53,654 nucleotides of DNA from an uncultured Alphaproteobacteria bacterium (GCA_938034375.1 CALHLB010000081.1:1-53654), one strand, 5' to 3'. Positions 23,048 to 35,134 are shown, counted from the first letter of the stretch. Made by a program: numbers and translations. The notes: generated by a model from the sequence alone, not told the origin.

Positions 23048-23081
23048 AAAAATCTCCATTTTGTCGTGCGGTTAAAACTCT

Positions 23082-23894
23082 CTAAACTTGTTGTTCCACA
23101 AGCCTTAAAATATTTTTGGCAAAATCTTTTTGAGGCACTAAAGGTCCTGTTGCTTGTTGAAGTTTTGCGGCAACTAACGCTTTATTCGTATTTGTAGCTA
23201 ACTCTTTTACAGCCTTAAAATTTGGAGCCTCCAAAAGATCACCAGACGGCTGGGAGCCAATGCGCCCTAATTCAACAGCGATGGGTAAACGTTTTTTACA
23301 ATGACACGCAGCGTTTTCATTTGCCAATCCACAAGCATTTTTTGCAAAATTTGTCACATCTTGCCGCGCCCGCGATAAGCGTTTTCGAAAATTAGCTGGC
23401 TCAATTTGCAATATATCGGCCGATAAACGATGCTCAAACTCCAAAATTTCACCTAAAATATAACAGGCCCTATGATTAGGATCCAGACATAAAAGCATCG
23501 CCATTGTGCAAGTAACACGAAGCTCATTAAGCATAATATGATCATCGGGCGCGGCATTCGTATCATCTGCAAGGCCTGCTATCAAATCATCGCCAAAATC
23601 CGAGAAGGTAATATTACGTTCACGCTCCAACATCTTTCGTGCTGTTAAAAGGTAATTGAAGGCAACCTTATAAGCCCAAGTATCAAACTTGCTCTCACCA
23701 CGAAAAGTAGCAAGTTTTGTAATGATAAGAATGAGGATTTCCTGCGTAGCATCCGTAGCCGATTCTGGGTCAACAACCATGCGTCGCGCAAGTGGATAAA
23801 GCTTATTCTGACAATGACGAACGAGTTCTTCCAGTGCAGGCGCATCGCCAGTATTAGCTTTTAAAACAATATCTTCAATTTCAGCTGTCATCAT
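23082..23894 (-). CDS. ECF sigma-70 factor with Cys-rich C-terminal extension
   Basis: DATQEILI..ITKL..FRGESKF.TW.Y (sigma2); sigma4 RKRLSRAR; extension CGLANENAACHC. Confidence 0.9.
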   Translation of the reverse strand: MMTAEIEDIVLKANTGDAPALEELVRHCQNKLYPLARRMVVDPESATDATQEILILIITKLATFRGESKFDTWAYKVAFNYLLTARKMLERERNITFSDFGDDLIAGLADDTNAAPDDHIMLNELRVTCTMAMLLCLDPNHRACYILGEILEFEHRLSADILQIEPANFRKRLSRARQDVTNFAKNACGLANENAACHCKKRLPIAVELGRIGSQPSGDLLEAPNFKAVKELATNTNKALVAAKLQQATGPLVPQKDFAKNILRLVEQQV

Positions 23895-23927
23895 AAAAAC
23901 GCCTTTTTATTGCCGCATATTAAGTTA

Positions 23928-23954
23928 GACGACAGTAACAAGCGATGTGTGACA
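23928..23954 (-). promoter_or_regulatory. ECF-type promoter TGTCACA-N16-CGTC upstream of the ECF gene
   Basis: Minus strand TGTCACA catcgcttgttactgt CGTC, 34 nt upstream of the start codon. Confidence 0.75.
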
Positions 23955-24089
23955 AATTATAGTGTAATAATCTATTTTTTTCAAAAAAAATATTTTCATT
24001 GTAAAACAAATACTTGAAGAAAAAGAAACACAAAAAGATTCAAAAAGAAAATAAACAACTTGAAGGACTTAACAAAAAGAAACATTCAT

Positions 24090-26756
24090 CTATAAAGATG
24101 ATTCAAGTTCTTGCCTTATCACCTTGATAGCCTCATCAACTTTATCGCCATCAGGCCCTCCTGCTTGTGCCATATCAGGGCGCCCACCACCACCCTTTCC
24201 ACCTATTGCTTTTGATCCAATTCTAACAAGATCAACAGCATTAAAACGGTTCGTTAAATCATTGGTAACACCAACAACAATAGCAGCTTTGTTATCAGCA
24301 CTGATTCCGATAAAAACAACAACCCCAGAACCAAGATTTTTTTTCGCTTCATCAACAATGCCTTTCAACTCTTTTGAAGCAATGCCGGTAACCACACGCG
24401 GTAAATAAGAAACATCATTCACTTTTTCAGGTTCGTCCTTTGAGTGTTCATCACCCGAAAGCGCTAGTTTTTTCCTTAAATCTGAAAGTTCTTTCTCAAG
24501 ATTCCTGCGCTCATCAAAAAGATTTGAAACACGTTCAGCAACTTCATTTTTAGTTACCTTTAAAAGAGAAGCAATTTTATGTAATTGCTTATCGTAATTG
24601 TCAAAGGTTTCAAGTGCAGCTTTTCCTGTTATCGCCTCAACACGGCGGACACCAGAAGCAGAGGCTGTTTCTTGCGTTAATTTCACAAGCCCAATATCAC
24701 CTGTTCTTTGAACGTGGGTTCCTCCACAAAGCTCTAATGAATAAGTCTTGCCGGCCTTATTACCATGGCGCGCTTGCCCCATGGAAACAACACGCACTTC
24801 ATCACCATATTTTTCACCAAAAAGCGCCATAGCCCCTGCTTTAATAGCGTCATCAACGGCCATGATGCGGGTTAAAACCTCATCATTTTGCTGAATAATT
24901 TCATTAGCCATTGTTTCCACATTTAGAAGTTCCAGCTCACTTAATGGCTTAGGGTGAGAAAAATCAAACCGCAAACGTTCATCAGATACCAAAGACCCTT
25001 TTTGAGCAACATGGTCTCCTAAAACTTCTCTCAACGCTTCGTGAATTAAATGTGTCGCAGAATGATTGGAGCGTATAGCATCACGCCGTTCCTTATTAAT
25101 CCGCATTTCAACAGCATCATGTATTTTCAAACAGCCCTTGCTCATTTCACCATAATGCACAAAAAGCCCATCCGCTTTTTTCTTTGTATCTGTAACGGTG
25201 AAAAGCGCATCATCTCCTAAACGAATGGTACCCTGATCCCCGACTTGCCCACCAGATTCACCGTAAAAAGGTGTCTGGTTACAAATAAGGGCAGCCTTAT
25301 CCCCCGTTGAAAGAGCTTCAACCTCTTCCCCATATTTCACAAGCGCAACAATTACCGCTTCAGCTTCTTCCATCTTGTAACCAAGAAATTCTGTTGCTCC
25401 GCAATTTTCGCGTAAAGTTAGCCAGATTTTTTCAGCACCCTGATCGCCAGATCCAGCCCATGAAGCGCGCGCTTCATCTTTTTGCTGTTGCATCGCAACC
25501 TTAAAATCATCGACAGCAACATCGATCTCACGCACACGCAATGCATCCTGCGTCAAATCTAACGGAAATCCATATGTATCATAAAGTTTAAAAGCTGTTT
25601 TACCATCAAGCACATCACCTGCAGCAAGATTTTTTGTTGCTTCATCAAGAATAATTAAACCGCGAGAAAGTGTTTTTCTAAAACGTTCTTCTTCAAGTTT
25701 CAAAGTCTCTGTAATAAGTGCTTCACCACGCAGTAATTCAGGATAAGCTTGTCCCATTTCTGAAATTAAAGTTGGCACCAGTTTCCAGATAAGCGGTTCT
25801 TTCGCGCCAAGAAGATGGGCATGACGCATAGCGCGGCGCATTATGCGGCGTAAAACATAACCACGCCCCTCATTTGAAGGAAGAACACCATCTGCAATCA
25901 AAAAACTTGTCGCCCGCAAGTGATCTGCAATAACCCGGTGACTAGCCCTGTTTACCCCTCCTGCTTTAACACCCGTTTCATCAACAGAAGCCGCGATGAG
26001 AGAGCGAAAAAGATCAATATCGTAATTATCATGCTTACCTTGTAAAAGGGCCGCAATACGTTCCAGCCCCATACCAGTATCAATGGAAGGTTTTGGCAGA
26101 TTAATACGTTCTTTCGCATTCACCTGCTCATATTGCATAAAGACAAGATTCCATATTTCTATAAATCTATCGCCATCTTCCTGTGCACTGCCTGGGGGAC
26201 CACCCCAAATATGATCACCATGGTCATAAAAAATCTCAGAACATGGCCCGCAAGGTCCAGTATCACCCATAGACCAAAAATTATCAGAAGTCGCAATTCG
26301 GATAATTTTTTCATCTGGAAGGCCTGCAATTTTTTTCCATAAATTAAAGGCTTCATCATCTTCATGATAAACGGTAACAAGAAGACGATCTTTGTTAATT
26401 TCGAAGTCACGTGTAATCAACTGCCATGCATGTTCAATGGCTTGCTCCTTGAAGTAATCTCCAAAGGAAAAATTACCCAGCATTTCAAAAAATGTATGGT
26501 GGCGAGCCGTATAACCAACATTATCAAGATCATTATGCTTACCACCAGCACGTACACATTTTTGCGATGTTGCAGCACGTGGATAAGGGGGGGTCTCAAG
26601 GCCGGTAAAATAGTTTTTGAAAGGCACCATACCAGCGTTTGTGAACATTAACGTTGGATCATTTTGGGGTACCAATGGTCCAGAAGAGACAATTTCATGC
26701 CCCCCCTCTTTAAAGTAAGACAGAAATGATTTTCTTATATCGTTGACACTTGTCAT
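24090..26756 (-). CDS. alaS: Alanine--tRNA ligase
   Basis: [51 protein letters not shown]; start MTSVNDIR at 26756. Confidence 0.98.
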   Translation of the reverse strand: MTSVNDIRKSFLSYFKEGGHEIVSSGPLVPQNDPTLMFTNAGMVPFKNYFTGLETPPYPRAATSQKCVRAGGKHNDLDNVGYTARHHTFFEMLGNFSFGDYFKEQAIEHAWQLITRDFEINKDRLLVTVYHEDDEAFNLWKKIAGLPDEKIIRIATSDNFWSMGDTGPCGPCSEIFYDHGDHIWGGPPGSAQEDGDRFIEIWNLVFMQYEQVNAKERINLPKPSIDTGMGLERIAALLQGKHDNYDIDLFRSLIAASVDETGVKAGGVNRASHRVIADHLRATSFLIADGVLPSNEGRGYVLRRIMRRAMRHAHLLGAKEPLIWKLVPTLISEMGQAYPELLRGEALITETLKLEEERFRKTLSRGLIILDEATKNLAAGDVLDGKTAFKLYDTYGFPLDLTQDALRVREIDVAVDDFKVAMQQQKDEARASWAGSGDQGAEKIWLTLRENCGATEFLGYKMEEAEAVIVALVKYGEEVEALSTGDKAALICNQTPFYGESGGQVGDQGTIRLGDDALFTVTDTKKKADGLFVHYGEMSKGCLKIHDAVEMRINKERRDAIRSNHSATHLIHEALREVLGDHVAQKGSLVSDERLRFDFSHPKPLSELELLNVETMANEIIQQNDEVLTRIMAVDDAIKAGAMALFGEKYGDEVRVVSMGQARHGNKAGKTYSLELCGGTHVQRTGDIGLVKLTQETASASGVRRVEAITGKAALETFDNYDKQLHKIASLLKVTKNEVAERVSNLFDERRNLEKELSDLRKKLALSGDEHSKDEPEKVNDVSYLPRVVTGIASKELKGIVDEAKKNLGSGVVVFIGISADNKAAIVVGVTNDLTNRFNAVDLVRIGSKAIGGKGGGGRPDMAQAGGPDGDKVDEAIKVIRQELESSL

Positions 26757-26936
26757 TCTGGTTGCACCCGTTATGCCTTTTTCAAATCTGGGAAACTTCT
26801 CAAAACATTTAAAGCCGCACCAGCTCAATTCATTCTTCTTAAGCAGACTAAAAATTCTTGTCCAGCACTAAGTGTTTCTTAAGGGGAACACAAAAAAGAA
26901 TATTAAATGAGTGCATTTCAAAAACCTGAAAAGGCC

Positions 26937-28022
26937 TTATGCCTCCTCACCGTCTTGATCGTCTTCGCTCTTGCCACCTTCTTCAAGAAATTTTTCAGCA
27001 ATAAGGCCGGCATTCTGCCTTATGGACGTTTCAATCTCATCTGCGACCTCTGGGTGATCGGCAAGAAACTGCTTGGAGTTTTCACGCCCCTGCCCCAACC
27101 TTTGACTATCATAGGAAAACCATGCGCCTGATTTTTCAACAATTCCAGCCTTCACGCCAAGATCAAGAAGTTCTCCCGTTTTAGAAACGCCCTTGCCATA
27201 CATGATATCAAACTCAACCTGTTTAAAAGGAGGAGCAACCTTGTTTTTAACAACCTTGACACGGGTTTGATTACCGGTCACCTCATCGCGCTCCTTGATT
27301 GCACCAATACGGCGAATATCAAGACGAACGGAAGCATAAAACTTCAACGCATTACCGCCGGTCGTTGTTTCGGGCGAACCAAACATCACACCAATTTTCA
27401 TACGAATTTGGTTAATAAAGATCACCATAGTCCGGGAACGCGAAATAGAGGCCGTCAATTTCCTTAAAGCCTGGCTCATCAAACGTGCTTGCATACCAGG
27501 CAGGCTATCCCCCATTTCACCTTCAATTTCAGCACGAGGCGTTAAGGCTGCAACGGAATCAACCACCAAAACATCAACCGCACCCGAACGAACAAGCGTA
27601 TCTGTAATTTCCAGTGCCTGCTCGCCTGTATCTGGCTGGGAAATAAGTAATTCATCCAGATCGACACCAAGTTTACGTGCATAAACGGGATCAAGCGCGT
27701 GTTCTGCATCAACAAAAGCACAAATACCGCCGGTCTTTTGCGCCTCAGCAACTGTATGGAGGGCCAAAGTTGTTTTACCAGAGGATTCTGGACCATAAAT
27801 TTCGATAATCCGTCCCCGTGGCAAGCCGCCAACACCTAGCGCAATATCAAGCCCTAACGAGCCTGTCGACACAGTCTCAATATCAAGCTCGGTGCCGGCT
27901 TTGCCCAATTTCATAATTGAGCCTTTGCCAAAAGCACGCTCAATCTGACTTAAAGCCGCATCCAGCGCCTTTGTTTTATCCATGCTGCTTCCTTCAACCA
28001 AACGCAAACCACTTTGAGCCAA
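26937..28022 (-). CDS. recA: Recombinase A
   Basis: [19 protein letters not shown]; probable TTG start at 28022 giving the rhizobial-type N-terminus [10 protein letters not shown]. Confidence 0.98.
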   Translation of the reverse strand: MAQSGLRLVEGSSMDKTKALDAALSQIERAFGKGSIMKLGKAGTELDIETVSTGSLGLDIALGVGGLPRGRIIEIYGPESSGKTTLALHTVAEAQKTGGICAFVDAEHALDPVYARKLGVDLDELLISQPDTGEQALEITDTLVRSGAVDVLVVDSVAALTPRAEIEGEMGDSLPGMQARLMSQALRKLTASISRSRTMVIFINQIRMKIGVMFGSPETTTGGNALKFYASVRLDIRRIGAIKERDEVTGNQTRVKVVKNKVAPPFKQVEFDIMYGKGVSKTGELLDLGVKAGIVEKSGAWFSYDSQRLGQGRENSKQFLADHPEVADEIETSIRQNAGLIAEKFLEEGGKSEDDQDGEEA

Positions 28023-28089
28023 AATACTGCCCTTTCCCATTCTTGCAAGCGATACGAGGGTAATTTTTTACCTTTACCCATCTATTAAT

Positions 28090-28118
28090 TTTGTACTCTT
28101 TTTGTTCTATTATTGCAA
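28090..28118 (-). promoter_or_regulatory. recA sigma70 promoter with alphaproteobacterial LexA box
   Basis: Minus strand TTGCAA-N17-TACAAA overlapping GAAC-AAAAAGA-GTAC (GAAC-N7-GTAC, 28107-28093). Confidence 0.85.
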
Positions 28119-28208
28119 GTCTTTTTTAAAAGTTTGTTTTTGTTATTTTATTTGACAAATGTTCTGATTTTGTATCTGATAAGATCTGATAGAGTAGAAC
28201 GATAAACC

Positions 28209-28997
28209 ATGTCATTACCTTTTGATAAAACAATCATTTTTACAGATCTTGATGGCACATTATTAGATCATTACAATTATTCATTTAAGCCCGCCCAATC
28301 AGCTTTGAATTTTTTGAAAAAGAATAATGTACCTGTCATATTTACAAGCAGCAAAACACGCCCTGAAGTTGTAAGCCTACAAATTGAAGCAGGCATTAAA
28401 TACCCATACTGCACTGAAAATGGCGGGGCGCTTATTCTACCAGCCGGTACTTTTGATAAAGAGGAAAAAATCATTCATTTAGGTGCTTCCTACCATGAAA
28501 TTCGCTCTTTTTTATCAACCATGCAGCTCAAAGGCTTCAAGTTTGAAGGTTTTGGTGACATGATCATAAAAAAAATCAGCCAGATAACTGGGCTTGATGA
28601 AATTTCAGCAAAAAAAGCAGCCCAACGAAATGCAAGCGAACCTCTTTTATGGCTAGGAGATGAAGAGCAAAAACGGCACTTTATAAAACTCGCTGAAAAC
28701 CATGGATTACAGGCTATGCAGGGCGGGCGTTTTTTAAGTGTTGGCGGGCAGACAGACAAAGGAAAGGCCGCCTTAAAGTTGATTGAATTATATCAACAAA
28801 ATGGCTTTGACATTCAAAATATCGTTGCCTTGGGAGATAGTGAAAATGATAAAGCTTTATTGTCCATCGCAACACATCCCATATGGATTAAAAAAAGTGG
28901 ACCAACACCCCAAACTCCCTTTTTAAATAAAGCACGTTGCACCATCAGTTATGGGCCACAAGGGTGGGCCGAGAGTATTTTTCAAATTTTTTTATGA
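28209..28997 (+). CDS. HAD-IIB glucosyl/mannosyl-3-phosphoglycerate phosphatase (GpgP/MpgP family)
   Basis: FTDLDGTLLD, SSKTRPE, ENGG, GGRF, KG.A, ALGDSEND. Confidence 0.88.
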   Translation: MSLPFDKTIIFTDLDGTLLDHYNYSFKPAQSALNFLKKNNVPVIFTSSKTRPEVVSLQIEAGIKYPYCTENGGALILPAGTFDKEEKIIHLGASYHEIRSFLSTMQLKGFKFEGFGDMIIKKISQITGLDEISAKKAAQRNASEPLLWLGDEEQKRHFIKLAENHGLQAMQGGRFLSVGGQTDKGKAALKLIELYQQNGFDIQNIVALGDSENDKALLSIATHPIWIKKSGPTPQTPFLNKARCTISYGPQGWAESIFQIFL

Positions 28998-29107
28998 CTC
29001 TCATTTGTTTTTAAATATTGCATTGCAAAAAATATATTACAAAGCCTTTCGCTTTTTCACCAGACTCGTTACCTTGCGCTAAATAGACTTCAGGCAGGAC
29101 GATTTCA

Positions 29108-30328
29108 ATGGCAGACTTTTATCAAAATGGCGTTGTTACAACACTTCACAATATTACACGACGTTCAGCCGATGAATTGGATTACGAACTCAATTCCTTT
29201 GCCCGTTTTCGCCGGTTAGGCCTTGTTTTACCCTCCCTTTATTCTGAACTACAAGGGGACGCTCTTGAGAAAATAATACAAGAATTACAACCTGTTAATT
29301 ATTTAAACCGCATCATCATAGGTCTTGATCGAGCCAATGAAGACCAATACAATCATGCAAAAGAATATTTTGGCCGCCTACCACAAGAACATCATATTTT
29401 ATGGAATGATGGCCCGCGCCTTACTGAAATTCATGGAATGCTTGCAAATGAAGGCCTCGCCCCAACAGAACCAGGCAAAGGGCGCAATGTCTGGTATTGT
29501 TTTGGTTATGTTTTAGCAAGAGGCGACCTTGACGGCGTTGCTCTTCATGATTGTGATATTGTAACCTATAAGCGTGAACTTTTGTCACGCCTGATTTACC
29601 CAATAGCCCACCCCCAATTCAATTATGCTTTTGCAAAAGGTTTTTATGCCCGCGCCGGCAGCGACAATAATATGAATGGCCGCGCTGCAAGGCTTTTTGT
29701 CACCCCTCTAATCCGCGCCCTAAAGCGTGTTTGCGGCCAGTCTGATTACCTTGATTATCTTGATACATTTCGCTATCCCTTATGTGGTGAAATGGCTCTT
29801 AGAACCGGCACACTGGCCGATATGCGAATTCCTTCAGATTGGGGACTTGAGATTGGCATTTTATCTGAAATGAACCGCAACTATTCCACAAATCGTATCT
29901 GCCAGGTTGATATTGCTGATATTTACGACCATAAGCACCAAAAACTTTCAGCAAATGACCAAACAACGGGTCTTTCCCGCATGACACTGGATATTGCTCT
30001 TGCCCTATTTAGGAAGCTAGCAACGCAAGGTGTTATTTTTAGTCCTGAAAGCTTTAGAAGTGTCAAGGCAACCTATCTTAGAATAGCACTCGACCTTATT
30101 GAGACCTATGCCAATGATGCTCGTATGAACGGCCTTGCCATTGATCGCCATAAGGAGGAGCGGGCTGTTGAAGTTTTTGCTGAAAATATTCTTGATGCTG
30201 GCGTCCGCTTTCTCGATGCCCCCAAAGAAGCAGCCTATATTCCAAGCTGGCGCCGTGTTGTTTCTGCCATTCCTGATATTTTTGAAAAGCTGGTAGCAGC
30301 CGTTGAAGCAGACAACAAAAGTCCCTAA
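29108..30328 (+). CDS. Glucosyl-3-phosphoglycerate synthase-like glycosyltransferase (GpgS family)
   Basis: MADFYQNG.VTTLH, LPSLYSEL, GKGRNVW, LHDCDI, DWGLEIG, YDHKHQ; adjacent phosphatase gene. Confidence 0.85.
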   Translation: MADFYQNGVVTTLHNITRRSADELDYELNSFARFRRLGLVLPSLYSELQGDALEKIIQELQPVNYLNRIIIGLDRANEDQYNHAKEYFGRLPQEHHILWNDGPRLTEIHGMLANEGLAPTEPGKGRNVWYCFGYVLARGDLDGVALHDCDIVTYKRELLSRLIYPIAHPQFNYAFAKGFYARAGSDNNMNGRAARLFVTPLIRALKRVCGQSDYLDYLDTFRYPLCGEMALRTGTLADMRIPSDWGLEIGILSEMNRNYSTNRICQVDIADIYDHKHQKLSANDQTTGLSRMTLDIALALFRKLATQGVIFSPESFRSVKATYLRIALDLIETYANDARMNGLAIDRHKEERAVEVFAENILDAGVRFLDAPKEAAYIPSWRRVVSAIPDIFEKLVAAVEADNKSP

Positions 30329-30444
30329 TGTCATGGCACTAGCTCATCACAATTAGCTTATCCAGCACTCTGGCGTCTTGTAATTTGGCTCAATTATGTC
30401 ATCTAGATAAATAATATCAACCACCTTAAGCCTCAGGGAAGATA

Positions 30445-31437
30445 ATGGAAAACCTTAATCAAAGTGATTGCCTGGAACAGATTGAGGAAGCGCTTGAAAC
30501 GATACCTTCAAAAAAGAAAAAATTCTCTCATTATCAAAAAACAGCCAAAGGGGAAGACCGCGCCTTTGTCGACCTTGAAAAACTTGAGACGTTCTGGATT
30601 AATACTGGCACACTTTGCAATATTGCCTGCGTTAATTGTTATATTGAATCATCGCCCAAAAATGGCCGACTTGTTTACATAACCCATGATGAAGTTAAAA
30701 CTTATCTGGATGAAATTGAAACAGAAAAACTCGGCACTCGTGAAATTGGTTTAACGGGCGGCGAGCCTTTTATGAACCGTGATATTCTTCTAATTATTGA
30801 AGAATGCCTCAGCCGTGGCTTTGAATTAATCGTACTCACCAATGCCATGCGCCCCATGATGCGCTTTCAAGAAAAACTTCTTGAGATAAAAAATCGGTTA
30901 GGCGAAAAATTAACCATGCGCGTTTCCGTTGATCACTATGACCCAAAAATGCATGAAGAAGAGCGCGGCCCCAAAAGCTGGGATCCTATGCTTGAAGGGC
31001 TTAAATGGCTTTCAGACAATGATTTTACCATCGATATAGCCGGACGCACAAGATGGGGGGAAGATGAAGCTGTTTTACGCCAGGGTTTTGAGGCTTTATT
31101 TAACAAACACGCCATAAAAATTGATGCCCATAGCGCAAAACAACTTGTTCTCTTCCCTGAAATGGAAGAAAATCAGAATGTACCAGAAATTACGACAGCC
31201 TGTTGGGATATTTTAAATGTAAGCCCCAGTACCATGATGTGCGCCAATTCACGAATGGTGGTTAAACGCAAAGGTGCAGAAAAACCAGCCGTCATTGCCT
31301 GTACACTTCTACCTTATGAAAAAGAGTTTGAATTTGAAAGCACTCTAAAAGACAGCAGCAAACGCACTTATTTAAACCATTCTTATTGTTCAAAGTTCTG
31401 TGTTCTGGGTGGTGGTGCCTGTAGTATTAAAGAATAG
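30445..31437 (+). CDS. Radical SAM protein of unknown function
   Basis: CNIACVNC (Cx3Cx2C), TGGEPF, additional C-terminal cysteines (C...MMC...ACTL...CSKFCVLGGGAC). Confidence 0.9.
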   Translation: MENLNQSDCLEQIEEALETIPSKKKKFSHYQKTAKGEDRAFVDLEKLETFWINTGTLCNIACVNCYIESSPKNGRLVYITHDEVKTYLDEIETEKLGTREIGLTGGEPFMNRDILLIIEECLSRGFELIVLTNAMRPMMRFQEKLLEIKNRLGEKLTMRVSVDHYDPKMHEEERGPKSWDPMLEGLKWLSDNDFTIDIAGRTRWGEDEAVLRQGFEALFNKHAIKIDAHSAKQLVLFPEMEENQNVPEITTACWDILNVSPSTMMCANSRMVVKRKGAEKPAVIACTLLPYEKEFEFESTLKDSSKRTYLNHSYCSKFCVLGGGACSIKE

Positions 31438-31478
31438 AATCCAATCATTACACATAATTGTCAAAGACAGTGTGAAAC

Positions 31479-32292
31479 ATGAATATTGCAACAATTTTGG
31501 AAATTGAACACCTACAGGACTATAAGTTGCATGCAGCACGTTACAACGGTAGTGAGCAGCCACTAGATGTATTTGTAAAAGATCGCAAAGAATGGGATAA
31601 CTGGAATAGCTGGCAAGGCACAAAAAACGAGTTTAACCGCAATTATGTGGTTTCATTTATCAAATTTTATCCAGAGCAGGAAACATGGCTTTTCGGAGGT
31701 ATTTATAAAATTTTGGGAAGGAGACCAGAAAAAAATACACACAGCTATAACATTGAATTAACTGATAAGGGCAAAGACCTTATTGGTCGGTTGAAAATTA
31801 CAGCAAAACTTTCTCGTGGCAGAGCCTTCAATTTAGAAACCGTATATAATCGCTTATCAGTCTGCGAAATTTTGCGTGAATCCTATAGCGGTGAGTTTTT
31901 TTGTGGTTACGAAAATATCAGCCAAGATTTCTTCATGCTTGAAGTTATTTTCAAAAACGAGAGAACAAATTGGAAAAGCGCATTGGAAAACATCAAAGGC
32001 GTATATGTAATTACCGATAAGAAAACGGGTAAAAAATATATTGGCTCTGCTTATGGTGATACAGGGATCTGGTCACGCTGGGCTAGTTATATGAAAACAG
32101 GACATGGATGGAAATAAAGAACTTACCGGATTAATCAAAGGTATGGGCATCGATTATGCAAGGAAGAATTTTCGCCTTACGTTAATTGAATGCTGGCCGT
32201 TTAAAACCGATGATCGCATGATTATTGCAAGAGAAAGTTTCTGGAAAGAAGCCTTACTAACCAGAGGTGCATACGGTTATAATTGCAATTAA
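31479..32292 (+). pseudogene. GIY-YIG nuclease family gene with a +1 frameshift
   Basis: GVYVITD..TGKKYIGSAYG..GIWSRW. Removing one base at 32108/32109 restores TGHGGNKEL and joins the 32104 ORF (ARESFWKEALLTR..GYNCN). Confidence 0.82.
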
Positions 32293-32352
32293 GAAAGACA
32301 GGCCACGACAAACTTATCATGGCATTGCACTTTTAAAAAATTGAGAAGCAGC

Positions 32353-34893
32353 TTAATCATTATCCAGCACTTCTTTCACCTTGGTTGCAAGTTGCTTGAG
32401 GGAAAATGGTTTGGCTAGAAATTCAAACTTCTGACCTTCCACAAGGTGCTTTTCAAAAGCATCCTCTGCATAGCCTGAGACAAAAATTATTTTCAGTTCA
32501 GGACGCACCTTTCGCAATTCACCCAAAAGGGTTGGCCCGTCCATTTCTGGCATAACAACATCTGAAACCACAAGATCAATCTCGCCGCCAACTTCTTCCA
32601 TAACCTCCAAAGCATGGGCACCACTTGAAGCTTCATGCACCGTATGACCGCGTGCTTGAAGGGCGCGGGCAGAAAATGCCCTTACAGCTTCTTCATCTTC
32701 CACCAGAAGAATATTCGCAGAACCGGAAAGATCACGCGGCTTCTCAATGGGTTGGTTCGTTTGCTCTTCTTCTGATTCAACAATCTCATGGCGGGGTAGA
32801 AAAATATGAAAGACAGTCCCCTCACCAACACGGCTAACAGGATAGATATAACCATCGCTCTGCTTGATGATACCATAAACTGTCGCAAGGCCAAGGCCTG
32901 TACCCTCACCAACGCCCTTGGTAGAGAAGAAGGGCTCAAAAATTTTAGCCATGACTTCCGGCGTCATGCCCGTTCCCGTATCAGCAACTTTAATAAGCAC
33001 ATAATCCGCTGGAACCAACTCTTCCATAACACTATTGTCACAAGCATCTTTCGTGATATTTTCAGTGCTAATAGTTAAATCGCCACCTTGTTTCATAGCG
33101 TCACGCGCATTAACAGAAAGATTGATAATAACTTGCTCAAGCTGGTTTAAATCAGCCTTAACCGGCCATAAATCACGACCATGTGTCACGTGAAGACGAA
33201 CATTTTCACCCAATAGGCGTTCCAACAAGATGGAAAGATCTTCCACAATATCCCGAAGATCAATCACTTTAGGTCGCAATGTCTGGCGCCTTGAAAAGGC
33301 AAGCAGCTGGCGCACAAGTCCTGCAGCTCTGTTGGCGTTATTCTTAATATTCATAATATCTTGAAAGGATGGATCAGCAGGACCATGATTTTGAAGCAAT
33401 AAATCAGAAAAGCCGATAATCGCCGTCAACATATTATTGAAATCATGGGCAATACCACCGGCAAGTTGGCCGATTGCCTGCATTTTCTGGCCTTGAGCAA
33501 ATTGCTGTTCCAAAGCACGCTGTCGGGTAATATCAATAGCATAAATAATAACCCCTTCATCTAAAGAAGCATCAACACGGCCTATAACCGAGCTGATAAA
33601 TAACCTGGCACTACTCTCATCTTCTCCCTTAAGGGCCACATCAACGGGGTCAATTTCTCCTTGTCCCTCTTGTGCAGCTTTAATCGCATCCCCTAATTTT
33701 TCCCTTTCATTTTCAGAGACAAGGTCAACCAAAGCCTGTTTACCAGATTCACATTTTCCTGTTTTGAAAAGACTTAAAAAAGAGGCATTAGCGCGAACCA
33801 TCAGACCCTTGGAATCAAGAGAAGTTATCGCCACTGGTGCTGAATTAAAGAACCTTGAAAATTGAGCTGCTCCTTCAAGGTTCTCTTCTTCAGCATCACC
33901 GCTTTCTAAGCGATTAATAACGATTGTACGCGTTGCGCCTGGCGCACCATCTTTCTTGAAAGGTGTTAAATGCAATAAACGAACAGGAAGACTTTGGCCG
34001 TTTCGTTTTACAAAATCCAGATCAATAATTTCAGTGCGTGTCTCGCCTGACTTAGCAGGAACAGTGTTTAATAAAGCCGCACCATCGCCGCGAATAATAT
34101 CATGAACATGAACTCTACCAACTTCAAATTCTGTTAAATCATAGCCAAGCCAATAGGCAAGGGTAGCATTGATATAGACAATTTTGCCATCAGGTTCTGA
34201 TGAGAAAAAGCCCGCAGGAGCATGATCAAGATAATTGATAACATTTTGCAATTCCTGAAAGGCAAATTCTTGGTTTTCGCGATCTTTCGTAATATCACGC
34301 ACACGCCAAAGGTTAAGTTTTTTGCCATCATCTATGTTGGCATTAAACAACACAGGACGAACAGAAAGTTGATACCAGCTTGCATCGCGCGCATCTTTCA
34401 AATCAGTTACTGAGGAAGCCAAAGGCCTTTCAAGGCGAACTTCCTCACTCCCAAAGCGCCCTTCATTGACAGCAAGAGAAAGTCTGAAAACTGTTTCAGA
34501 AACATTCTCTTCCATAGCAAATGCCCGTTCAATAGAAGGGACGTCCATATGATATTCGGTGCCAGTCAAATCGCGATATTCTTTATCGGCATATAATATC
34601 TGCCCATCACTTCCTGTAACAAGATGCGCATCTTCAAGTGCTTCCAAAAAAGCATAAGGGGAGCTTTCAGTTTTTCCCACCCCGCCAATTTTAATAAGGC
34701 CAATTGTGGAAGCAAAAACAGTAAAAATTCCAATAACTGCAAAAATACCAAGAAGAAAAAGAACAATCGCCCCCATTGATTCTTCAAAAAAGAACAGAAA
34801 TATCCCAATAAGAGCCGCAATCAAAAAGCCGATAAGGGCAAGAAATAAAACGCCAGAACGTTTTTTGTTTTCTATTTTTTCATCAATAATCAT
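32353..34893 (-). CDS. cckA: Cell-cycle hybrid histidine kinase CckA
   Basis: 2 TM helices, PAS domains ([11 protein letters not shown]), [20 protein letters not shown]-terminal receiver domain; flhB/recA neighbourhood. Confidence 0.93.
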   Translation of the reverse strand: MIIDEKIENKKRSGVLFLALIGFLIAALIGIFLFFFEESMGAIVLFLLGIFAVIGIFTVFASTIGLIKIGGVGKTESSPYAFLEALEDAHLVTGSDGQILYADKEYRDLTGTEYHMDVPSIERAFAMEENVSETVFRLSLAVNEGRFGSEEVRLERPLASSVTDLKDARDASWYQLSVRPVLFNANIDDGKKLNLWRVRDITKDRENQEFAFQELQNVINYLDHAPAGFFSSEPDGKIVYINATLAYWLGYDLTEFEVGRVHVHDIIRGDGAALLNTVPAKSGETRTEIIDLDFVKRNGQSLPVRLLHLTPFKKDGAPGATRTIVINRLESGDAEEENLEGAAQFSRFFNSAPVAITSLDSKGLMVRANASFLSLFKTGKCESGKQALVDLVSENEREKLGDAIKAAQEGQGEIDPVDVALKGEDESSARLFISSVIGRVDASLDEGVIIYAIDITRQRALEQQFAQGQKMQAIGQLAGGIAHDFNNMLTAIIGFSDLLLQNHGPADPSFQDIMNIKNNANRAAGLVRQLLAFSRRQTLRPKVIDLRDIVEDLSILLERLLGENVRLHVTHGRDLWPVKADLNQLEQVIINLSVNARDAMKQGGDLTISTENITKDACDNSVMEELVPADYVLIKVADTGTGMTPEVMAKIFEPFFSTKGVGEGTGLGLATVYGIIKQSDGYIYPVSRVGEGTVFHIFLPRHEIVESEEEQTNQPIEKPRDLSGSANILLVEDEEAVRAFSARALQARGHTVHEASSGAHALEVMEEVGGEIDLVVSDVVMPEMDGPTLLGELRKVRPELKIIFVSGYAEDAFEKHLVEGQKFEFLAKPFSLKQLATKVKEVLDND

Positions 34894-35077
34894 AATGGTA
34901 AAATCGCTTATTCTCCATTATCGGGCAAAAGCACCCAATTCCTGTTTCTGGCGTATAAAGACTGTTTATTCCCATCTTGTTAAAATCGTGATTTGAAGAA
35001 AAAGCACGAAAAAAGCATTATAAAAGGGAATCGCCTTCAACGATTCATACCTTAGCGACAATCAAGCTATAAGCAAC

Positions 35078-35115
35078 AAAAAGCCGTGTCTGCTTGATAA
35101 GCAACACGGCTTTTT
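35078..35115 (-). terminator. Intrinsic terminator after the TadG-like gene
   Basis: AAAAAGCCGTG...CACGGCTTTTT. Confidence 0.8.
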
Positions 35116-35134
35116 AAACGAAATTATTGCAATT

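Noticed and set aside
28023-28040. Longer RecA N-terminus (MGKGSI) from the ORF track
   Set aside because: This stretch is the purine-rich RBS; TTG at 28022 gives the family-typical start.
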